This document shows, in pieces, positions 40,562-52,432 of a stretch of DNA of 64,000 nt (position 1 is its first letter; every line of letters begins with the position of its first letter). Both the position numbers and the translations under genes were made by a program. The stretch is from Polymyxa betae A26-41 (Eukaryota; Protista; Endomyxa: Phytomyxea), in contig RBZT01000546.1 of NCBI GenBank assembly GCA_003693705.1, positions 228,927 to 292,926 of the forward strand, written 5' to 3'. Under the pieces are notes generated by a model, which had not been told where the DNA came from, ran no database searches, and saw only the letters and a program-made list of their open reading frames with translations.

Positions 40562-40801
40562 TCATTTGCAACTTGCTCTGAACTGAATCTGATGCTGAGC
40601 ACGCCCAGGCTGCTGGATGGAATTGAACATTTCACTAATTGAAGTGATGGTGATAAGTGCAGAATCTAGAGTATGTTCATGTTCAGCAGGTACAAGTACT
40701 GTTGGAGATACTTTCTTATAATGTTGAGAGACTTTGTAATAGACTGTATAAGAACTAGGTCGGACCATGTAAATGATGTCAGCACCAAGCTTTAGCTTGA
40801 T
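40562..40801 (-). CDS. Possible terminal exon of a small hypothetical gene
   Basis: Open frame IKLKLGADIIYMVRPS...ASCK follows a TGTAG acceptor. Upstream exons are unresolved. Confidence 0.3.
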   Translation of the reverse strand: MKLKLGADIIYMVRPSSYTVYYKVSQHYKKVSPTVLVPAEHEHTLDSALITITSISEMFNSIQQPGRAQHQIQFRASCK

Positions 40802-40920
40802 CTACAATGATACAGACCTGACAAATATGATGGCTTAACACAATGAAGGATATAGATTGTTGAGTCATTTGAACGTGTCAATGAGGCTTTGTATCCCATC
40901 TGCTATAAGCCAGCGTTGAA

Positions 40921-41040
40921 CTATAGGTATTATATATATGGTTCTAACATGTAAATACTGCATACACCATATATATGATGACTGTATGGGTATTATATGG
41001 TTCTAACATTATGTACTGCATACACCATATATATATGATA
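40921..41040. repeat. Imperfect ~60-bp tandem duplication
   Basis: Two copies of gtatta(ta)tatggttctaacat..tactgcatacaccatatatatgat. Confidence 0.85.
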
Positions 41041-41160
41041 TACAATCATATATGTGCACTATATTCTCTAGACTATAAGATTACTCATATATTATAGGCA
41101 TCTGTTGGGGGTTTCTGCCATTATACATCACAGCTACCCTTTTACTAGAATAATATATTC

Positions 41161-42814
41161 ATGAATGCAGCACAGCCAGAGACCGATTGCATTCAAAGGG
41201 CATATCAGGCATTCTCCTCAGTTAGTTCTGGCAGGGCTACCATACCACAAAGTCAAATAGAGGAAGCTCTACTTCTAGGTGGTGTAGAAGCCGACAAAGT
41301 TGGTTATCTCTTCATATGCAAGTATTTACATATTATTGAGTATTTCTTCTGTTAGGATGATATAGAAAAACTCGTCTCTACACTACCATCTCAATGCTGC
41401 AATTTCTCTCAGTTCTATTCGTAATTGATGATTAAGTCTTGAACTTACACATAATCAAATATGTCTTATAGGTTGATGAATGAAATGCAGACACAGCAAC
41501 GTCTGCCAAATTATAGTTCTGCAATTGATTTTGTATCTGGTTCGGTAGCAGGAGTAGCGGTTACTATTGTTGGACGTAATTGCATTCAAACTTTTGTGAG
41601 TTGATAGAAACTTAGCATGATTACAGATCCATTTGATACAATCAAGGTTCGTCTACAAACACAAAAAGATGTCAAATTTCGTAATGGGATAGACTGTTTG
41701 GTAAAAACTATGAGAATAGAGGGCCCAAGAGCTTTATTCAAGGTACAGCTTCACATTGTTATAGTATCTGTTTTGACGTTGGATTTTTATAGGGAATGGC
41801 AGGACCATTAACAACATTACCATTACTAAATGCTCTGGTATTTTGGTCTTATGGCCTAGCTAAAAGTACATTTGAGATTCGCAATGGACCTAATCAGCCT
41901 TTATCTATCACTCAGATAACGATGGCAGGTACTTTCATTGTTCGCTTAATTGTCATTGTAATACCTATATGATGGAACAGGATCGTTTGCTGGATTAATT
42001 AGTACAATCATTGTATGGTAGCTTTAGTTTGTTATCGATATAATTTTATCAAAATCTGTTCAGGTCTGTCCTCTTGAATTAATTAAGACTAAGATGCAAA
42101 TCCAATATGGATTTCAAGATCTTCAATATCGCGGTCCATTACATTGTACGAGAGAATTATTATCTATAGAGGGACTACGTGGAATGTTTCGAGGAATGTC
42201 AGTAACTGGAACACGTGAGGTCTTTGGATATGCTGGACAATTTGCTGCTTATGAAGTCATGAAGAGAGTCTTAACTAAACCAGATCAATCAGTCTCAGAT
42301 CTATCAGCAGTTCGTCTTATGGTATTTGTAAGACGATTGAGATGCATCATGATCATTGAAGTATGTTTACAGATGGCTGGTGGTATATCAGGTTCTGTTG
42401 CCTGGCTTGTGAGTTATCCTGTAAGATTAACATTCATATTGTACGTGTGCAATCATCGCTTCATATAGGCCGATTTTGTGAAGTCGCGTCTGCAATCGAT
42501 CCCAATTGGTCAGGCATCCCCATACAGAAAGCATCGATACATTCCTGATGGCGGTGCTATTGATTGTTATAATCAGATTGTTAGTAAATATGGACATCGA
42601 GCTATCTGGGCTGGATTTGGTCCATGCATAGCTAGGTCAGAATCATATTGCTTCTAACCAGCAACTCACTGAATTTGCTTGTTGGTAGAGCATTCCCTGC
42701 AAATGCTGCCGGTTCTGCATTTCTCTGTGTCATTGCTGAAATCAATCTGAATGATTTTTAGGATTTCTTGCTTACGAACTGTCAAGATCGTTATTATGGA
42801 GGTTGTTTTCCTGA
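41161..42814 (+). CDS. SLC25 mitochondrial carrier (carnitine/basic amino acid type) with degenerate EF-hand-like N-terminal extension
   Basis: Carrier signatures GHPFDTIKVRLQ, CPLELIKTKMQ and YPADFVKSRLQ, plus REVFGY and RAFPANA. About 75-aa N-terminal extension. Confidence 0.88.
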
Positions 42815-43381
42815 TGATGCCAACCCGATCTCGGCTGCTTCTTACAGCTTGCTGTTTAGCATAATTTGATTTTATTATCCGTTATGGAGTGCATGCTGTT
42901 GATCGTCATGATTAATTACATGATCTAATGTCGGGACGATTGCAGCTGTAGAGCAAGCAATGCATTCTGAAGCTCCTTTCAGTTCAATATCTGCATTATT
43001 GTTAAAACCACTCAATGTCCATAATTGGTTAAACATCAATATTACTGTTTACTGCAGGCAACGCTAAGTAGCTTCATTGTTTTCTTGGCATCGTATTAGA
43101 GACTCCAAAATTATCTCGGGTTTTCGGCTGCCTTAGCCTGAACTTGCACTGTTCTGACAACTAAGCGGACTAGCAAACAAATCCGCTTTCATATCAAGAA
43201 ACATGTTGCAGAATATATTACAGAAAAGTAATTGTGAACAGGTAATGGGCAGCCATCCACCGACAAATATGTCGATCATGGTTTTTTTGCAAACTTGGAG
43301 CGGTGAGTTTCGTTGGACGTTCAGCTTAAGCCAGTTGGCTATGGCTGTCGGATCTGAGTCCCGAACCGAGTTCCATCTTAG

Positions 43382-43747
43382 TTATGGTATTGAATGCTTA
43401 GCTCGTTTAGCTGCAGATCCTTGACGAGAATCAGCTCTAACTGATCTTCTATAATCATCGAGAAATGCTTGAAGTATTGGAATATATTCATTAAATCCCA
43501 ATGTTCTTAATGCCAATATTATATCATCACCAGTGATGGTCTTCCTTTTCTCTCTCGTTAATCTTTCAGTTGCTTCGGATGTCACAAATCCGATAAATTC
43601 AGAGACACATTCCTGAACGACCTCCTTAGCATCTCGTGCAATCTTGCCACTTTCTGGTAGGGGCTGTCGCATCAGACGACTAATATTTGCAATTGGTAAT
43701 AGACGTTCCTGTTCACGACTATCAGGGCTGGATGCTTGTTCTGACAT
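43382..43747 (-). CDS. NFYB: Nuclear transcription factor Y subunit B (Hap3)
   Basis: [16 protein letters not shown]...[19 protein letters not shown]...[10 protein letters not shown]; intronless. Confidence 0.95.
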   Translation of the reverse strand: MSEQASSPDSREQERLLPIANISRLMRQPLPESGKIARDAKEVVQECVSEFIGFVTSEATERLTREKRKTITGDDIILALRTLGFNEYIPILQAFLDDYRRSVRADSRQGSAAKRAKHSIP

Positions 43748-44087
43748 TACCGGAACAATCGATATTGATTTAACAGCTAATTACCACAATACTCGCTACG
43801 AACCAGCAAATCTATGAACTTGAGCATTACAGCCCGATATTGCAGACTAAAGTTCATCATGATTTTTACGAAAAAGATTCTGCAACCTCATAATTCATTG
43901 ATTTCGTACATACAGTCTTTACAGATGGGTACATCCTTAAATTAGACGTAGTTGCTCTTTCAGTTCAATCGGAGAGTCAGCGTTCTTTCCTTCAATAATT
44001 TACGATGTGACATCTTTAAAAATAATGTTGTCAGTTCTGCCTGTGACAAGCGCAATCTCTATGAGAACAGAATGCCCTAAAAGTATA

Positions 44088-45150
44088 TTATTGATGTTCC
44101 CTATCTAGACGCCAAAGATATAGATTAGCTTGATAAAGAAATACAGGTATAGATGTAGATGTATGCAGTACTTCAATAATAGAAGCAGGCAGACGTCTAA
44201 TTATACCTGTCTCTATCACCTGCATACGACCATCACGTTTACGTCGAAATAAGAAACTTGAATCATCTGCATCTGCATCAAGTTCAGCTGGAGTAAATAT
44301 TGATCGCAATCTGTAAATAAGCGTATTAATTAATATGGAGATAATACATACAGATATATAACCAGACTTATACTCATGAGAAGTAGAGAGAAATTCGATC
44401 TTGAATCCCAACAGCTGCAAACAATCATCACGAAACTGCTCCGTCTGTTTTGTGAAGATCTGCATTGACATACTTGAGTATATGGACATACTGGTCCATC
44501 CCATGAAACTCATACAGTCATGAGAGTATCTCGACGTTTCTTCCATGTTTGAACTTGATCTCGAAGTTGTTCAATTTCAAGTGTTAATTGAACATGTTGT
44601 TGATCTGGATCAGTCTGTACAGCAGATGTTGTCATGATACGGTTCTGTTGATCTCCTATTCATATAATCAGAATATTAATGCCAACCAGATTATAATGTT
44701 ATACCTGGTCCAGATTGCAGCATTGGATTATTCTTAAATCTCAATACTTTAGTAACAGCTGGATTGGTTTCACCTCGAGCGACTCGTGATTCCAATATCG
44801 AGATACTATCTAGAGCTTGATCATATTCTCGAGATTTGATAGTCAGGTCAGCTCGACATTTAGTAAGCTGGTCTTGACATTGACGTAGATTTCTAGAATC
44901 AGCCATGAGTGATACAATAGCCTGTCTATATATCTAAGATATACAAATTGACATTGCATGAAGAATATGATTACAGAGCTGATTGATTAGTCGGAACATG
45001 AAGTAAGGTTCTAATCTGCTCCATGAATAGAATATCAGACTGAGATATGCCTTGGTCTGTATGATGATGTGATGTATCAGATGTCTGTATATTCATGTCT
45101 GTATGTCTGTCTGTATCTCTGTCTATATCTCTGTCTATCTGTACCATCAT
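44088..45150 (-). CDS. MAD1: Short Mad1-like spindle checkpoint protein (~283 aa, 5 exons)
   Basis: Exons 44975-45150, 44705-44925, 44516-44655, 44368-44459 and 44088-44310 total 852 nt. Product has GE.NP..TKVLRFKNNP (Mad2-binding motif) and an RWD-type CTD: FRDDCLQLLGFKIEF..YKLRSIF..SIPVFL. Confidence 0.8.
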
Positions 45151-45300
45151 GACGATGCGCTCTATTACAACATCACATTATATAACACATTCACTTCATA
45201 TTATATCATCAACCTCAATATAATGTCATTACAGTTTCAAACACATCCCAACGATTTGTTATTTACTTCCAATGAATTCAATCTAATCATTACTGTACGA

Positions 45301-45948
45301 TCAAGTCCAGTTTCGTGTTGCTGAACGTGATGGTGATGGTCCAGGATTTGATCCTGCCGATCTGCTGTATTTGTCATCAGATTCGGATCCAGATCGATTA
45401 TTGGCAGGTCGGCGGCGTCGTCCATAATCCTGATCATTTGTTGCTGGAATCCATTGATGTGATACTGGAGATGTAGGTCCTGGTCTTGGACCTGCTTGAC
45501 GTCGGTTAAGCGTATTATTAACTGGATTGGATTTTCTGGCAGCAGCAGCCAGATAAACATGTGCAACTTTGTTCTGAAATGGTTTAGCAGGTTGATGTAA
45601 TGCTTGTATAGCTCCATGTATATCAGACATTAATACAGTACCATATCCCTTACATATAGATACATCTTTATCATGGATAGCTACTGCATCATCAACATCA
45701 CCAAATTGTTCGAAGAATTGTCTCAGATCTTGATCTGTACAATGTCGAGATAGACCACGAATAAAGAGCTTCCTCTGTATAGTATCATGCTTTAGATCTG
45801 ATATCATATGTTCATATGCATCTGGCATATTCAATACAAGATCTGTCATTAGATCCAGACATCTATCTGTAGACATTACAGATATCATCTCACGAATACG
45901 TTCGCGACTGGCCATCTGGACCTGTCTAATGGTATTGTTATCAGACAT
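45301..45948 (-). CDS. Single-RRM RNA-binding protein (UBA2/hnRNP-like)
   Basis: RKLFIRGL (RNP2) and CKGYGTV (RNP1); intronless. Confidence 0.85.
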   Translation of the reverse strand: MSDNNTIRQVQMASRERIREMISVMSTDRCLDLMTDLVLNMPDAYEHMISDLKHDTIQRKLFIRGLSRHCTDQDLRQFFEQFGDVDDAVAIHDKDVSICKGYGTVLMSDIHGAIQALHQPAKPFQNKVAHVYLAAAARKSNPVNNTLNRRQAGPRPGPTSPVSHQWIPATNDQDYGRRRRPANNRSGSESDDKYSRSAGSNPGPSPSRSATRNWT

Positions 45949-46111
45949 GACCGATGATGGAGGGTTGGAATGTCTTGTTTATGCTGAGATTGATAGAGAC
46001 AATATATAGGTCCGATATGACCGATATATAGAACCAAATAGTGAGTAATAATGGGAAGCAGGATCATGGAGATCAGTCTCAGAGATCATATTCTATATAC
46101 CCATTGTTATC

Positions 46112-48509
46112 ATGGTTAATGATCAACTTCATATCTGTATTAATGTGGTAGATATAACAGATGTGTATTATAGAAGATGTGTGGACTCAGATAGAGATGT
46201 TAAATCTAAACCTAAAGCTATCAAGAGTAAATCATTGATTGGTTGTAATGATGATATAACACGACCTGTATCTGAATATATCAAGATAGAAGTTCAATGT
46301 GATCAGTATATAAATACTACAGATGCAGTATCAGCTCAATTCAATTTTATGCAATTAAATCTGCCATTACACATGCATGTATCATCTACTTCAGAAATGA
46401 TACAGTTTCTAATTGACAATCCAATTCAATTATCTATATTAGAATATGATTCTATTACGAATACATGCTCTCGTATAGGTATAAGCTGTATAGATGCATT
46501 AGAGGTTATATTACGTGGACAGGATTCCGATCAGATATCACGATATCCTATTACATATGTATTTGGTATATCACCATTAACAGAAATATTTATTGATGAT
46601 GGACAAGGTCATATTGTTAAGAAGACAGATATCCCATCTGCACAATGTCGAATACGTCTTAATCACAATCTTATCAATGTAGTACAAGATCTTAATATTT
46701 ACATATTACATCTGCAAGTCAGCAATATCAAGATTAACGATCCCCATTGGAGACGTACTGATCCACTAGCACAATACGTTCAGGATCAGGTCCAGGTCCA
46801 GGTTCAGCTGGGGCCGGTATTCCCAGTATCCATCCCCTTGACATCATCTGCATCTGATGCATATTCAGTTGGTAATGGATCGAGCGATATTCGTACAGGA
46901 CCTTTCTATCTGTATCATGTATTGAATAGTGAAGAATATGGAGCTCTTAGCCGTTATATCGAATCAGAAGAGAAAGCTCTGATACACTTCTTTCTGTCAT
47001 TACATTGTTCAAGATATCTGATAGATGATCAGATTGATATTCAAGATAAACAAGTTCAGGTGGAAATTGATATGAAACCATTGATGCATCCAATAGAAGA
47101 TGTGAGGACAACCCATATAGAGGAGATAGTTGATATTGGTAATATGATATGTAGTATTGATATATGTGTATATGGAGGTCTATATACACAATCTATACCA
47201 TCACCATTACAGTTAATAAGAAATGATTATTATCATATCACATTATCCAGTCATATACAAGATCGGGCTGTTCACCATATCACTTCTCATATACATCTAG
47301 CATTACATCTATTGAAATCTGGATATAATCCATCTATGGTTCTACATTCGAATTTAAGTCATCGATTTAGTGCAGATATTCAGCATCTGTATCATGCTCA
47401 TCGATCATGCTCAAAGTCAGATTCTGATCCAGATTATATTCAATCTGTATTACATGACAGAATTGTTAAATTACTCTATGGCGATGACAATGATCTGCAA
47501 TATACAAATGATATAGATGAATTAAGAATAATGTCTCAATTATATATGAAGGCAGGTTTATATGCCCAATCTCTACAGATTCAGTATTACATACATGTAC
47601 AATCAGATTCAGGATATAATAATCTCTATGTCGATATGGGAACATGTCACTTACATCTGGGTCAATATGACCATCTTCTGGCTCTTCTAAACCAGCATGT
47701 TGATAGTGATGTCAATATCTGGCTGATATTAACATGTGCTGCTATTGAATATGAACAATATGGAAGAGCTCGAAAGTTGATCTTATCAGTAGCACCAGGA
47801 ACAGTTTCAATATCGGTTCTGCAGAAAATATTGCAGGTTAGTCGCATGATACATTGTTCAATTTGAGTTAATGATGTCTCGCTAGCTCGTGTATCGATTA
47901 TGTGTTGAAGATGTTATCCTTGAGCATGTTCAAGATGAGCTAAGAGAGATCGTACAGTTTGAGAGTGATATCATTGAACTTGTTACACATTTGCTGGATT
48001 GGAATCTGATACGAATATCTGATATAATTTTCAGCAAAGTACTCAGCCGAGATATAAATTTGTATCAATGTCAAGACGTCGTTATTCAACGGATCAGATC
48101 ACTAATCGCAATGAAGCAATTTAAGAAAGCACGAGATCTGCTACCAATGCTGTCAGATGTAATGATTAGATCTGAATTAAGCGGTGATATAGAATTTGAG
48201 GCTGGAGATTTCGATTCTGCTTGTATATTGTACAGACAATGCTATGAGATGAATACTGAACATCTACGTACTCTATATAGATATGCTATGATATCTGCTA
48301 ATAGATGTAATATTCAGACATCAATAGAGGTCTATCTACATATAACAAAGTTATATCCATTATTAGGTGAGGCATGGTATCAGCAGGCTATTCAATACAA
48401 TACTTTAGGGCAGTCGTATCAACTACATTCACAGCATTGTCTTAGTGAATCTATCAGATATAATCCCTATTGTAATGATTCATGGCAATACCTGCATCTA
48501 GATCAATAG
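46112..48509 (+). CDS. Divergent TPR protein, possibly CFAP70/TTC18-like
   Basis: ORFs of 584 and 206 aa join through a GT-AG intron near 47837-47885. N-terminal region is beta-rich and C2-like; C-terminal region has TPR repeats (e.g. GEAWYQQA...CLSESIRYNP..SWQYL). Confidence 0.55.
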
Positions 48510-48554
48510 ATAATCATTATTGAAATACAAAATGTAATCAATTGCAAACACGAT

Positions 48555-48810
48555 TCATGCTTCATTACTGGTGTTCCTGTTGCTGTGTCGATTGTGAATG
48601 AAGTTGTTAAGATCAGTCCAGATAGAAGAGACATGTTGAAATCTGATTCCAGTATCATGAATAGATTCAGCTGTATATTTGATGGATTGTAATGATGAGA
48701 TCACATCTTGTATGGCCTAAATCACACATCTAACCCAATGCACCATTATTCACTCATAAATACAATACCTGGTCAATATCAGCAATCATGGACATATCGG
48801 GCTCCCTCAT
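48555..48810 (-). CDS. DAD1: Dam1/DASH complex subunit Dad1 (67 aa, 2 exons)
   Basis: Exon 48769-48810, 52-nt GT-AG intron, exon 48555-48716: MREPDMSMIADIDQAIQDVISSLQSIKYTAESIHDTGIRFQHVSSIWTDLNNF... Aligns without gaps to the remembered Dad1 consensus [40 protein letters not shown]. Confidence 0.75.
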
Positions 48811-48963
48811 TGACAATATAAAGACTCGGTCTGCCCTGCTGAACAAATTCGTGCAGTACCAAAAGGCCGGCTCCGACACACTCTAAAACGTCGAACAACG
48901 AGGTTAATATTCGGACTGGCACGGAAGTAGGAACCCGAACTGACTTGCAACAATTATGTGCAT

Positions 48964-50846
48964 TTATTTGATTAGCATTGCTGATAGGCTGATCCCAGTG
49001 CATAATACTGCAAATATTATTACTGTTCTGGTCAAATATGATGACTGTATGGTCGCGAATGGGGTATTCGAGTCGTGGCAGAATCGTGTTGAACACTCAA
49101 GCCTTGCGTATATGACTAAGCAACATGGAACGAAGAATTCCAAGAAGAATGCAATAAGGCCGATTACAGAAACTGTTCTATAGTTCAGAGTATGTACAAG
49201 GTTTGTGACAAACATTACTTACAGATAGATTCCAGATTGCTGGCTAATGCACCAAGTATTAATGGAGGCACAGCAGCAAGCAAGCGTGACAACAACGTTA
49301 GCCGTTGATCTGATATTCGATCTTCCAAAACCGATAAATAAGTTTTACGAAGCTGTAAAACCGAGACTGGATTAGATTTGGACAAGCATGATATTTGAGA
49401 TATATTACATTTGAGGATAATGTCAGAGCACCAAGAGGGAACACTGAAATCTGCAATTGAATTAACTAAAAAGTAAAAGCCAAAGACAGATCTTATTAAT
49501 TACCATATCGAGGATCGGGAACGCGACAACTAAGGTCCTCAGAACTAGAGCATATCGTGTAGCAATACCATTCCCAAATGATGGGCCAGTATATGTCCTC
49601 CAATTTAATGTGATTAAAGGTTCTGCTCGATCACCAAAGAGTAGAGCACATGTTAGACCTAATAATAGATAAAGACATGTCACCTGAATTCATTATCAGA
49701 TCAGTTGCATATCGACTGAATCTATCCTTACTATCATATACACTGATATCGTCATTGTTTGTATACGTCTTGGCTCTCGATATTCTAGTGCTTGGATAAT
49801 ATCAGGAAAGTTGATATGCATGGTAAGAGCCTAAACAGAATCTTGGCCAATTCATCAATGACATGGCTAAAAATAAGTACCACAGCAGATGATGTCAGGA
49901 TTGAATAACCAGACCAATCCCATTGGGTAACCGTTGATAGATAGGGAGGTCCAGCATTACCTGCTGCCCAATCTGGTGGAGCCAGAAACATGGAGTACAG
50001 TACAGTGCAGAGCATGATTGTGAAAGTAATGAATCTATAGATGGTTAGCCCAACTAATTTAATTAGTGTCGATTGTCAATTGATTGATGATAATAATGCA
50101 TGCCTTGTATGGAGATCTGCTCTTTCAGATCGAGCAAAGACAGAGTGATTACAATCAGACCATACATAATCAAGAATAAACAATATCCATTAGAGCAGGA
50201 TTCAGAAGGGTTCTTATAAACATCGCAACGTTCGTTGAATATCAGTTCAAAGAACAGACTAGCGAAAGAAGACGAGAATACAGATGTGAATGACCATAAA
50301 GCTCTGATTGATGCTCAGCTTAAACATTTTGCAAATAAGAGGACGAGTAAGTTACCCATAGCAGAATACAGCGAGCATTAGTTGAACGAACTGGTCGAAG
50401 CGATTTGACAATATCAATGCAGACATATTAGCATAATGCCATGGCCTTGATGATATCTGATAATCAGCAATTCTGCTCTGTGTTTTGTTTTGACGTATAA
50501 TAGCTTCACAACGAGATATTGTCTCAGTGATATATGTTAATGATATATAGCTGCAGATTGCAGATAATAGTAACAGTACTGTTCCATAGACTGCATAACA
50601 AACCATTATCACAATATACTTCAATGTGAAGATTCATACCTGTTCCTGAGCGAATAAAACCCAGAGGAAGAGTGAATACCTGTGAGTAAGTTAATAAATG
50701 TATGCATATGATTGAGGTTAGTGATTGACCCCCGTTCCAATGACATAGTTGATAGAAAGGCAAGCTCCCTGAATATATGAGAGACCTGGTCGAGAATGAC
50801 CTTCAGACAATAAAGGAAGGATTGATTCCCGATTACAGATAGACAT
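48964..50846 (-). CDS. AAAP-family amino acid transporter, TMEM104-like
   Basis: SINYVIGTG|VFTLPLGF, ITETISRCEA, ITLNW and LVVAFPILD; many TM segments and many introns. Confidence 0.85.
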
Positions 50847-51203
50847 CAAATGTTAAAATGATCATAGATAAAGGGTTCGGGTAGCCCTCATTGCCATCCA
50901 GTAATGTTACAGCACAGAATATGATACTGAACACATGGGCCAGTAGGTCCAGCTTGGCAGAGTCATGTTACTGAAAGATACATGTATCCGACTGGTTGAT
51001 GAACTGCAGATGTAGGCAGATAGTAAAACACCATAGCTACGACATACAGCACTAGCTGTTTGAGACAGTTTTCAAGCATTAATTGACTAAAATGACACGT
51101 TTGGTCAAATTTTTTACATAGAAACAAAGAGCTGAGTTTCTGGTTCTGCGAATCTTAGACAATAAAAGGTGCGTAAAGTCAGGATTTGATAATAATGATC
51201 GAG

Positions 51204-52143
51204 ATGTCTGCTGACACTCATTCAATAGAATCAGAAAATAACTTTGCCATATCACAGCTTGAATCATTAGCCAATACAGACTATGTTCATGATGATTCCG
51301 ATACCGACTTGTGTGCTTCCCTAATTGGCCTCATGCAATCTATTGCTGCAACAGGGCGAACTAAGTTAGACCTAATCTTCAAAATTCAGTTCAAATATGT
51401 GACTTCCTGCTTAGAGTTGAATGGAGGCTTCTCAAACCTCTAATAGTTAAGGGACTTCGAAGAGTAAGTTATCACTGTTTGGCCTTTGATTCATCCTCAC
51501 TATGTATTGATCGTATAGGCCTTTAAACAGTTTCCTGAAGGAGACGATTCATCAAATGTGTATGTCTCGGACCCTACGAATCCAGTTTTGATTGATGGCG
51601 CCCCGATCAACGAGTTCTTGGAACGTATTATTGCCACAACATGTCAATTCAACAGGTTATATTGTAAACAACGCTTGACCCAGATCTTCATATGAGATTG
51701 CTTAGTGCTCCCTGGACTATCCAGCGTATATTCGAACTTTTATTAAATCCAAGACTATACTGGAGTACTAAAGACAAGTTCATCTATGCTTTCTCGAAAG
51801 TGATCTTCGGCATCAAGTCGGACGAAAATCGTTTTCGCTTTGGATCCTGGACTGGAAATGTTGAGGGGGAGCTGACGTTCCAAAGATGGCCTGACACCCC
51901 TGTAGACGAAGTAGCTCTTATGGATCAGCGAATACGGGATGCTATGGATACAAGCGATATTGAGACAATTGCTGCTCCCAGCCTCGCACACCCAGCTTTT
52001 GTAAAATTTTGCTAACCGCTCTGTTTTAGCTAATGAGATTATAGGCAGCGACTGTGCGTCAAGGGGAGATGATGGCACCTAATGAGAATAGAAGTAATGA
52101 TGTTTCTCAAAGTGATGGTTCTGATCGAGATATGAAAAGTTAA
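51204..52143 (+). CDS. PPP4R2: Protein phosphatase 4 regulatory subunit 2-like
   Basis: IAATG and APWTIQRIFELLLNPRLYWSTKDKFIYAFSKV match the PP4R2 signature PFTIQRLCELL.P. Confidence 0.8.
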
Positions 52144-52432
52144 TAAACGTGTTCTTGTAACTTGACTTAGTACGATATGCTTGGCTTGAATCACACGTCT
52201 CGAATCTGCTCTGAATTCTTGTATTGTATAAGGTTTAACTCAGGTACAAGGATATGGTTGTGGGCAGTTCAGGATGGAAGTTTGATCTGTCATTTTGCCG
52301 GGCAAGACGCGGCCTCTCAAAACCGGGCCATGATGATGATAGGAGGATTTTCTTGACGTGATCAGAAGCACAGAGCACTGCTTTTTGTGACCAAATCGCA
52401 TCTGGCATTCAACTGCGTCATTTCGTATCATC

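Noticed and set aside
40921-41040. CRISPR-like array
   Set aside because: Only two adjacent copies, no unique spacers, no cas genes, and a eukaryotic context.
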